From: Thermoanaerobaculia bacterium
GTDB lineage: Bacteria; Acidobacteriota; Thermoanaerobaculia; UBA5066
Assembly (NCBI GenBank): GCA_038245905.1
Contig: JBBRRY010000004.1
Location: forward strand, 78,274 to 142,273
DNA: 64,000 nucleotides
Reading direction: 5' to 3'
The position numbers and the translations under genes are program-made. Below are positions 21,500 to 29,208 of this stretch, piece after piece (the stretch's first letter is position 1; each line of letters begins with the position of its first letter). The notes beneath the pieces were generated by a model. That model searched no databases, had not been told where the DNA came from, and saw only the letters and a program-made list of their open reading frames with translations.

Positions 21500-22975
21500 G
21501 TGGAAGAGCGGGGCGCGGGAGGCCGGCCTCCGGGCGAGGAGCTGGCGGACATCGTGTACGCCCTCGACCAGTCCGCGATCGTCGCCCGCACGGACCAGCG
21601 CGGAATCATCGACTACGTCAACGAGAAGTTCTGCGAAATCTCGAAGTACTCCCGCGACGAGCTGCTCGGGCAGGACCACCGCATCATCAACTCGGGGTAC
21701 CACTCCAGGGCGTTCATCGCGGAGCTCTGGCGCACGATCGCGGGCGGCCGCGTGTGGCGGGGCGAGATGCGCAACCGCGCCAAGGACGGGAGCATCTACT
21801 GGGTCGACACGACGATCGTTCCCTTCCCGGACGCGGATGGGAAGCCCCACCGATACCTCGCGATTCGCGCGGACATCACGGCCCGGAAACGCGCCGAGGA
21901 TGAGCTGAGGCGCGCGGCGGCCATCATCGAGAGCTCGGACGACGCGATCATCGGGAAGACGCTCGACGGCACGATCACGACGTGGAGCGCCGGAGCGGCG
22001 AGGATCTACGGCTGGACGCGCGAGGAGATCCTGGGCGAGCCTGTCACGCGCATCCTGGCGGCGGACCGGACGGACGAGTTCCGGGGCCTGCTCGAGAGGA
22101 TCGGGCGCGGCGAACGCGTGGTTCACTTCGAGACGCGCCGGCTCCGGCGCGATGGGACCGAGTTCGACGTCTCGCTCACGCTGTCGGCCGTGAGGGACGA
22201 CTCCGGGAAGATCGTCGGCGCCTCGGCCGTCGAGCGCGACGTGTCCGAACAGCGCCGCGTCGAGGCCGAGCTCCGGGAGCAGGCGGCACTCGCGCGCCTC
22301 GGCGAGATGGCGGCCATCGTCGCCCACGAGGTCAAGAATCCCCTCGCCGGAATCGGCGGCGCCCTGCAGATCATTCGGGATCGCATGCCTGCCGAGAGCT
22401 CCGATCGGCAGATCATCGCGGAAATCCTCGCGAGGCTGGACGGCCTGAACACGCTCGTACGCGACCTTCTCGTGTTCTCTCACCCGCGTGCGCCCCAGCT
22501 GGCGCCGATGCTCATCCTGCCTCTTCTGGAGGAAGTCGCGGCCGAGATTCGCCGCGATCCCGGTTTGCGCGGTCTCCGGATCGAGATCGAGGGAGACAGC
22601 CGCCCGATCCGGGGCGACGTGGCTCTCCTCCGAAGCGTCTTCTTCAACCTCGCGATGAACGGGGCGCAGGCCGCGGGGCGGAAGGGCACGGTGCGTGTCG
22701 TCGTGGCCTCTCGCGAGGGGATCTGCGAGGTTCGGGTCATCGACACGGGGCCGGGCATCCGGGAGGAAATTCGAGGCAAGATCTTCGATCCCTTCTTCAC
22801 GACGAAACATCGAGGCAGCGGGCTCGGCCTCCCGGTCGTGAAACGCGTCGTGGAGGCTCACGGGGGCGAAATCGCCGTGACGTGCCCACCGGAGGGAGGC
22901 ACCGTGGCGACCGTGCGCCTGCCCCTCGATGAATCGACTTCCGGGAGCGGCCGGGGCGGAGGCCCCGGGGTCTGA
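21500..22975 (+). CDS. PAS-PAS sensor histidine kinase
   Basis: Two PAS/PAC domains, H-box AHEVKNPL, DTGPG, FDPFFTTK, GSGLGL. Confidence 0.93.
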   Translation: MEERGAGGRPPGEELADIVYALDQSAIVARTDQRGIIDYVNEKFCEISKYSRDELLGQDHRIINSGYHSRAFIAELWRTIAGGRVWRGEMRNRAKDGSIYWVDTTIVPFPDADGKPHRYLAIRADITARKRAEDELRRAAAIIESSDDAIIGKTLDGTITTWSAGAARIYGWTREEILGEPVTRILAADRTDEFRGLLERIGRGERVVHFETRRLRRDGTEFDVSLTLSAVRDDSGKIVGASAVERDVSEQRRVEAELREQAALARLGEMAAIVAHEVKNPLAGIGGALQIIRDRMPAESSDRQIIAEILARLDGLNTLVRDLLVFSHPRAPQLAPMLILPLLEEVAAEIRRDPGLRGLRIEIEGDSRPIRGDVALLRSVFFNLAMNGAQAAGRKGTVRVVVASREGICEVRVIDTGPGIREEIRGKIFDPFFTTKHRGSGLGLPVVKRVVEAHGGEIAVTCPPEGGTVATVRLPLDESTSGSGRGGGPGV

Positions 22976-22991
22976 GGTCGCGGCGAGAAGC

Positions 22992-23549
22992 TCATCCGCC
23001 TGCGGCGATCGCCTCGGCGGCGAAATGGGGAAGAGTTCGAGCCGGGTTGGCCCAGCGCGGCTCCTGCCGGTCGACCCATCCGCGTCGCAGCGCGAGCGCG
23101 ACGAGCTCGACCTGGCTGTGAACTTCCAGCCGGCGAAGGGCGTTCTGGATGTGATTGCGCACGGTCGCGTGGGACAGGTTCAGGCGGGCCGCGATGTTGA
23201 GAGCCGCGTAGCCATCGGCGAGGAGCGCGACGACTTCGTGCTCACGTTTCGACAGCGGGCACGAGGTCATGAGAGCTGAGGTGCCGCGCAGGAGGTAGAT
23301 CGTTCTCTCGCCGCGCGGCCCCGGCCCCGGGATCTTCAGAAGGGTAGCTCCCGCGATCGTGTCCAGCACGCCGCGCGAGAGGAGGGCCGTCAGATCGCAC
23401 CCGATCAAGGCGTCCTCGTGAACGCCCAGCATGCGTTCCGCGCCGGGGTTCATGTAGACGATTCTGTTCCTCCCGTCGGTGGCGAATGCGGGCGGCTCAT
23501 TGGCGGGCGAAACTCTCGGAAGGCCAGCGGCTTCAGGGGTCATGTTCAT
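22992..23549 (-). CDS. PAS-LuxR HTH transcriptional regulator
   Basis: Short PAS (FATDGRNRIVYMNPGAERMLG) plus LSKREHEVV...TVRNHIQN LuxR HTH; AGGAG RBS. Confidence 0.85.
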   Translation of the reverse strand: MNMTPEAAGLPRVSPANEPPAFATDGRNRIVYMNPGAERMLGVHEDALIGCDLTALLSRGVLDTIAGATLLKIPGPGPRGERTIYLLRGTSALMTSCPLSKREHEVVALLADGYAALNIAARLNLSHATVRNHIQNALRRLEVHSQVELVALALRRGWVDRQEPRWANPARTLPHFAAEAIAAGG

Positions 23550-23576
23550 GTGGCGCTCCTGACGACCCTTGACAGC

Positions 23577-23591
23577 GCAAGTGCGGTGCCA
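23577..23591 (-). promoter_or_regulatory. sigma54 -24/-12 promoter
   Basis: Minus strand TGGCAC-CGCAC-TTGC, an exact consensus match, 28 nt upstream of the PAS-LuxR start. Confidence 0.85.
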
Positions 23592-23755
23592 GCCGAAATC
23601 TCTCGATTTCCGGTTCTTTGGCGCGGAGTTTTCCCCGATCGCGGGAAATTTCCCGCGCGCCTCGCCTTCCCGCCGGCTGTCGGCGCACTGATTCAATTTG
23701 GGGATATGATTTTGGGGTCGTGCGGGGCTCTCATGGGCCTAACTTGGAGGAAAAA

Positions 23756-24103
23756 ATGAAGAAGACGACTGTTGCAGTGATTGCTCTCGTGGCGTTCTGT
23801 GCAGCCACCACGCTGCTCGCCAACCTCAACAACCAGAAAGCGTTCGTGACGACGTATCCCGACGCCAAGGCCTCCCTGGGCAAGTGCTCGACGTGTCACA
23901 TGAAGCCTCTCCCGAAGAAGGAAGATCACGAGATGAACCCGTACGGGAAGGATGTCCAGACGAAGGCCGTCGTCGACCCGAAGGCCGAGAAGAAGACCTA
24001 CAAGTTCGAGAAGATCGAGAGTCTCGACAGCGATGGCGACGGCGTGAAGAACATCGACGAGATCAAGGCCGGCACGAACCCCGGCGACCCGAAGTCCAAG
24101 TAG
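23756..24103 (+). CDS. small exported monoheme c-type cytochrome with acidic Ca-binding-like tail
   Basis: GGAGG RBS, signal peptide, CSTCH, NPYG, DSDGDGVKNIDEIKAGTNPGDP. Confidence 0.8.
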   Translation: MKKTTVAVIALVAFCAATTLLANLNNQKAFVTTYPDAKASLGKCSTCHMKPLPKKEDHEMNPYGKDVQTKAVVDPKAEKKTYKFEKIESLDSDGDGVKNIDEIKAGTNPGDPKSK

Positions 24104-24108
24104 GCCCC

Positions 24109-24570
24109 TTGGAACGCGAGGGGTTGGCGCCGACCACGCGGCGACTGTGGATCGACGTCCTGCTCGGATCGAGCTTCGTCGCCTGGGCGGGTGCCGTCGT
24201 CTACCCGATCGTGCGGTATCTGACGCCCGCCAAGGATGGCGGCGGCACCAACAAGGCGACGCTCACGGAAGCTCAGGAGAAGGAGATCCAGGCGAGCGGA
24301 TTCGTCATCGCGCGCCTTGGGAGCGACCGCGTCATCGTCCTGAAGGGCAAGGACCAGAAGCTGCGCGCGCTGTCGGCCAAATGCACGCACGAGGGCTGCA
24401 CGGTCCAGTTCGTGAAGGCCGACGGGATCGTCTGGTGCGCGTGTCACAACGGGAAATTCGCCCTGGACGGGCGCGTGATCTCCGGCCCGCCGCCGCGGCC
24501 GCTGGCGGCCTACAACGTGGAGGGCGATCTCAAGGGCGCCGTCACGATCTCGAAGGGAAGCGCCGCGTGA
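24109..24570 (+). CDS. Rieske 2Fe-2S protein
   Basis: Tat-like RR plus TM anchor; CTHEGC and CACHNG boxes; GPPPRPL; TTG start inferred. Confidence 0.92.
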   Translation: MEREGLAPTTRRLWIDVLLGSSFVAWAGAVVYPIVRYLTPAKDGGGTNKATLTEAQEKEIQASGFVIARLGSDRVIVLKGKDQKLRALSAKCTHEGCTVQFVKADGIVWCACHNGKFALDGRVISGPPPRPLAAYNVEGDLKGAVTISKGSAA

Positions 24571-27518
24571 GCGCGACGCCCGCCCCCCGCAACCTCGCCG
24601 ACCGCGCCTGGCAGGCGATCGACGAGCGCTTCCACCTCTCCGGCCTCGTCGAGTTCCTCTCGCACAAGGAAATCCCGGCCTCCCATTCGATCGTCTGGTA
24701 CTACCTCGGTGGGCTCTCGCTCTTCCTCTTCGTCGTCCAGATCGGCACGGGAATACTGCTCCTCATGAACTATCAGGTCGGGGAGAGCACGTCCTACGAG
24801 TCCATGAAGCACCTCGTGGGCCGCGTGCCGTTCGGCTGGCTTGTCCGGTCGATCCACTGCTGGTCGGCGCACCTCATGACCCTCGCGGTGATCGCGCACC
24901 TGTTCAGCGTCCTTTTCGTCAAGGCGTACCGCAAGCCGCGCGAGCTCACCTGGTACACGGGCTTCATGATGCTCGGGCTCGTCCTCGGCTTCGGTTTCTC
25001 GGGCTACCTCCTTCCGTGGAACGAGCTGAGCTACTTCGCAACGGCGGTCGGAACGGACTCGCTGAAGGCGGTTCCCTACATCGGCCCGTGGCTTCTGCGC
25101 GTCCTGCGCGGCGGCGACGAGGTTTCCGTCCAGACGCTCTACCGGTTCTTCGCGCTCCACGTGTGCATCCTGCCGCTCGCGATCGCGGGCCTCATCGGAG
25201 CCCATCTCCTCTTCATCCAGCGGCAGGGCATGGCCGAGCCGATGGAGACCGGCCACGCGCCCCTCGAGAAGAGGAGGGGGATGCCGTTCTTCCCGAACTT
25301 CGCGCTCCGGGACCTGCTCCTCTGGGTCATGGTCCTCAACGTCCTCGCGCTCCTTGCCGTCATCCTTCCGTTCGGATCCGGCATCCCCGGGATGGAGTGG
25401 GAGCTCGGCGAGAAGGCGAACCCGCTCAAGCCCGCGTACCCCGGCATCAAGCCCGAATGGTACTTCCTGTGGGTCTACCAGATGCTCAAGGAGTTCCCGG
25501 CGCACATCGCGGGCATGGAAGGGCCGCAGGCCTGCATCCTCCTCGCGAGCATCCTCGGCGGCATCGCGTTCTTTATTCCGCTCCTCGACCGCAACGCGGC
25601 GAAGGGCAAGCCGAGCCCGTTCTTCACGGATCTCGGCGTCGCGGGCCTCCTCTTCCTCGGGTTCCTGACCGTCAAGGCGTGGGACGTCGGCGTGACGGTC
25701 CCGAAGGGGCAGGACCCCACTGCCGATCCCGTCCTCGCGAACACGATCGCGCGGACGGCGGCGATCTGGATCATCGGGATCGGGATCACCGTGACGCTCA
25801 TACGCCGGCTGAAGTGGAAGCATTCCGCATTCGACTTCACGATCGCGGTCCTCCTGCAGGCCGCCCTCAACGGTTTCGCGCACCTTTCCTGGCTCGTCGC
25901 GGGCGGCATCGCGCTGGCCCTCCTCGCGGCGATGACGATCGTTCGCCGCGTTCGCGGCGGGGGAGCGATCGCCGCTCTCGTGCTTCTCGCGATCGTCGCG
26001 GCTCCGGTTCGCGCCGAAGACAAGGCGGCCGACAAGGCCGGCCACGTGGCCGAAGCCTCCTGGCCGGCGGACTTCCAGAAGATATATGCCGCGGAGGAGA
26101 AGGGCGTGCCCGTCCTCGACGACAAGGCCCGCGCGCGCTTCAAAGCCCTCCCGACCCACGCCCAGGAGCTGTTCTTCTCGGCCGCGAAGGCGGGGACTCT
26201 CTCCGGGGGCACGCATCTCGCCGCGCTCCTCGCCCTCGAGATCGACGACCGCAAGGTCGAGCTCATCCTCTCGGACAACTGCTTTCTCTGCCACTCGAAC
26301 CCCGACCTCCCGGACGAGATCCTCTTCAGGAGGCGCGACAAAGGCGACCCGCTCGTCCACCTCGAGATCCGCGAGGTCGTGAGCGACGTCCACGTCCGCG
26401 GCGGCCTCATGTGCGCGGGCTGCCACGGCGGCAAGCCCACGGACATGGAGATGTCGGCCGACATCGGCAAGCGGTGGCCGTCCTCCGAGGTCCGCCACAA
26501 GGACCGCTCGTGGATCCCGGAGTTCTGCGCGAAATGCCACTCGTCGAGCGAGTTCATGCGGGCCTACAACCCCTCGCTCCCCGTGGACCAGCTCCTGAAG
26601 TACCGGACGTCGAAGCACGGCCAGCTCCTCCTCGAGAAGAAGGATTCCAAGGCCGCTCAGTGCGTGAGCTGCCACGGCGTGCACGGCATCCGGCCGCCGG
26701 ACTCGACGACGTCCCTCGTCTACCGCGAGAACATCCCGTCGACCTGCGGCAAGTGCCACGCGGACGCCGCGTACATGAAGGGCTACATGAAGGAGGACGG
26801 CAAGACGCCGCTTCCGACAAACCAGCTCGAGCAGTACAAGAAGAGCGTTCACGGGATCGCCCTTCTCGTGAAGCACGACGTCGGCGCCCCGGCCTGCAAC
26901 AGCTGCCACGGCAACCACGCGGCGCTGCCTCCTCAGGTCGCGTTCGTCTCGCAGGTGTGCCGGAACTGCCACGCGGCGAACGGAAACCTCTTCGACGGCA
27001 GCCCGCACAAGAAGTCGTTCGAGAAGCACGGCTGGCCCGAGTGCCAGACCTGTCACGGCAAACACGACATCCAGCGTCCGACGGACGAGATGCTGAAGGA
27101 CGACCCGAAGGGGCTCTGCCACGCCTGTCACGCCCAGTACGGCCAGCCGAAGTGCGACGAGACGGCGCGGTATTTCTACAAGTCGATCACGGGCCTCGCC
27201 GAGTCGCACGCGGCGCTCAACCACGACGTCGACCGGCTCCTGGAGCGCGGCTTCGACGTCGACGAGCTCCGATTCCAGTCGAGCGCCGTCGCCGACGCGC
27301 TCCGAAAGACGCGCCTCGGCATCCACACGTTCGACCGGAGCGACTTCGCGCGCAACGCGGACGCGACGACGACGGCCCTCGATGCGCTCAAAGCCGGTGC
27401 GGCGAACGTGTGGAAGGAGTACCGGTTCCGCCGGAACGGACTGCTCCTCGCGACCGTCCTCATCTCGCTCTTCGGCGTGCTCCTCTACCTGAAGATTCGC
27501 CAGGTGGACCGGCGGTGA
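24567..27518 (+). CDS. cytochrome b (b6 + subunit IV-like) fused to a nine-heme cytochrome c domain
   Basis: Four heme-b His ligands, GYLLPW, PEWY; then CFLCH, CAGCH, CAKCH, CVSCH, CGKCH, CNSCH, CRNCH, CQTCH, CHACH and a C-terminal TM helix; GTG start overlaps the Rieske stop. Confidence 0.9.
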   Translation: MSATPAPRNLADRAWQAIDERFHLSGLVEFLSHKEIPASHSIVWYYLGGLSLFLFVVQIGTGILLLMNYQVGESTSYESMKHLVGRVPFGWLVRSIHCWSAHLMTLAVIAHLFSVLFVKAYRKPRELTWYTGFMMLGLVLGFGFSGYLLPWNELSYFATAVGTDSLKAVPYIGPWLLRVLRGGDEVSVQTLYRFFALHVCILPLAIAGLIGAHLLFIQRQGMAEPMETGHAPLEKRRGMPFFPNFALRDLLLWVMVLNVLALLAVILPFGSGIPGMEWELGEKANPLKPAYPGIKPEWYFLWVYQMLKEFPAHIAGMEGPQACILLASILGGIAFFIPLLDRNAAKGKPSPFFTDLGVAGLLFLGFLTVKAWDVGVTVPKGQDPTADPVLANTIARTAAIWIIGIGITVTLIRRLKWKHSAFDFTIAVLLQAALNGFAHLSWLVAGGIALALLAAMTIVRRVRGGGAIAALVLLAIVAAPVRAEDKAADKAGHVAEASWPADFQKIYAAEEKGVPVLDDKARARFKALPTHAQELFFSAAKAGTLSGGTHLAALLALEIDDRKVELILSDNCFLCHSNPDLPDEILFRRRDKGDPLVHLEIREVVSDVHVRGGLMCAGCHGGKPTDMEMSADIGKRWPSSEVRHKDRSWIPEFCAKCHSSSEFMRAYNPSLPVDQLLKYRTSKHGQLLLEKKDSKAAQCVSCHGVHGIRPPDSTTSLVYRENIPSTCGKCHADAAYMKGYMKEDGKTPLPTNQLEQYKKSVHGIALLVKHDVGAPACNSCHGNHAALPPQVAFVSQVCRNCHAANGNLFDGSPHKKSFEKHGWPECQTCHGKHDIQRPTDEMLKDDPKGLCHACHAQYGQPKCDETARYFYKSITGLAESHAALNHDVDRLLERGFDVDELRFQSSAVADALRKTRLGIHTFDRSDFARNADATTTALDALKAGAANVWKEYRFRRNGLLLATVLISLFGVLLYLKIRQVDRR

Positions 27519-27565
27519 CGGTGCGCGTGCGGACGGAGACGCGCGCCGGCTGACGGGGGACCGCA

Positions 27566-29107
27566 ATGGACGGCCGGCGCGTCGACCTGGAAGGCCGCGT
27601 GGCGCTCCTCGAGGGCGCCCTGAGAGACGTCTCCGCGCGTCTCGAGGCGCTCGAGGGCACGACGGAGCCGCCGGTCGCGGTTGCCGCTGCGGCCGCGGTG
27701 GTCTCCGCATCTCCGCTCGCGGCGCCCGCGGTCTCCGAGGCGGCGGAAGAGGGCGCGCCTGTCGCGAACGCGCTTACGCTCGCGGGGAGGAGCTTCCTCG
27801 TCCTCGGCGGCGCGTTCCTGCTGCGCGCGATCACGGAGGGCGGGCGCCTGCCGGTCTTCTTCGGCGCGCTTCTCGGTCTCGCTTACGCCCTCCTCTGGAT
27901 TGGAGCGTCGTGGCGGGCCGGAGCGCGCGGCGAGCGGACGAGCGCGAGCGTGCACGGCGTGACCGCGGCGCTCATCGCGTTCCCCCTGGTCGGCGAGGCC
28001 GCGACGCGGCTCGGCGCGTTCTCACCGGCCGTCGCCGCGCTCGCGCTCGCGGCGGTCGCGGCCGCGTTTTGCGCGTCGGGCTTGCTCACGCGCCTGGCGC
28101 TCCTCGTGTGGATCGGCGTCCTCGCGGGTGCCGCGACGGCGTCGGGCCTGTTCGTCGCGACGGGCGCGATCGGGACGTTCGTCGTCTTTCTTCTCGCGCT
28201 CTACGCCGCGACGCTGGCTCTCCGGCGGGCGCCGGGCGCCGCCCGGATCGAGTGGATTCCCGGCATCGCGGCCGCGGTGACCCTCGCCGTCGGCGCCTGG
28301 CTCTCGACGCGGGCTGCCGGTACGCCCGAGAGCTGGACCCCTGTCTCTCCGGTGGGAATCGCCACTTTCGCCGCCGCCCTCGTTCTCCTCGCGGTTGCGG
28401 GCGCGGCGCACGACGCAAGGTCGCGCGGCCTCGTGCCGACGGTGACGGACGTCCTGCAACCCGCCGGGGCCCTCACCGTCATTGTTGGGATCCTCTGGGG
28501 TGGCGCTGCCGTTGCCGTCTTCTGGAGCCTCCTCGGAATCGTGCTGTCGGCGCGGTCGCCTCGGGACGGGCGTGGCTGGATTGCGTGGCTTGCCGGAGGC
28601 GTCGTCTTCGGCTCGTCCATTCTCTCGGGTCTCTTCAAGGACGAGGTGCTGGCGTTCGTCGTCGCGCCGGGCGAATTCCCCTCCGCCACTGGGCCCGCGG
28701 TCTTCGCCGCGATCTCGGCTTTCGTCGCCTTCGCCGTCGCGGCCGCCGGGGCGCCGGACGTCCCCGTCCTCCGGGCGGGGCCGGCGCTCGTGAGCGCCGC
28801 ACTCGCGCTCGGCAGCGTTCTCGCGCTTGCCGTCGGGCTCGCGCCGTTCAACTCGACGCCGTCCGGCCTCGCTCTCGTCCGCACGGCCGTCCTTTGCGCG
28901 GGCGCACTCGCGGCGGCCTGGACGGCCCGCTGGCCGCGGCTCCTGACGCTCGCGATCCTCTCGCTTCCGATTCTCGCGGCCGCCGGAATCAAGCTCTTCA
29001 TCCAGGACCTGGGCGCCGGGCGACCCGTGACGCTCTTCGGGGCATTCGTTCTCTACGGCACGACGCTCCTCATCGTACCGCGCCTGCTCAAGGTCCGGCC
29101 ACGCTGA
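27566..29107 (+). CDS. polytopic membrane protein (DUF2339-like)
   Basis: N-terminal coiled coil (RVALLE...RLEALE), many TM helices, C-terminal KLFIQDL. Confidence 0.65.
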   Translation: MDGRRVDLEGRVALLEGALRDVSARLEALEGTTEPPVAVAAAAAVVSASPLAAPAVSEAAEEGAPVANALTLAGRSFLVLGGAFLLRAITEGGRLPVFFGALLGLAYALLWIGASWRAGARGERTSASVHGVTAALIAFPLVGEAATRLGAFSPAVAALALAAVAAAFCASGLLTRLALLVWIGVLAGAATASGLFVATGAIGTFVVFLLALYAATLALRRAPGAARIEWIPGIAAAVTLAVGAWLSTRAAGTPESWTPVSPVGIATFAAALVLLAVAGAAHDARSRGLVPTVTDVLQPAGALTVIVGILWGGAAVAVFWSLLGIVLSARSPRDGRGWIAWLAGGVVFGSSILSGLFKDEVLAFVVAPGEFPSATGPAVFAAISAFVAFAVAAAGAPDVPVLRAGPALVSAALALGSVLALAVGLAPFNSTPSGLALVRTAVLCAGALAAAWTARWPRLLTLAILSLPILAAAGIKLFIQDLGAGRPVTLFGAFVLYGTTLLIVPRLLKVRPR

Positions 29108-29208
29108 TCGCCCCGGCCGGGGCGCCCCGGCCGCCGGCCCCCGGGCCCGGGAGCCTGATCGGTTTGCACCATAGCCGCCGGACCCTTGGATACGGAGAAT
29201 CCATCTCC

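Noticed and set aside
23569-23582. TTGACAGCGCAA as an FNR/CRP-type box
   Set aside because: Spacing does not fit TTGAT-N4-ATCAA, and the bases are explained by the overlapping sigma54 promoter.
27910-29208. Apparent N-terminal extension making Nfn a 1425-aa protein
   Set aside because: Arg/Gly-rich off-frame read-through over the membrane protein gene; the real start is ATG 29209 with a GGAGA RBS.
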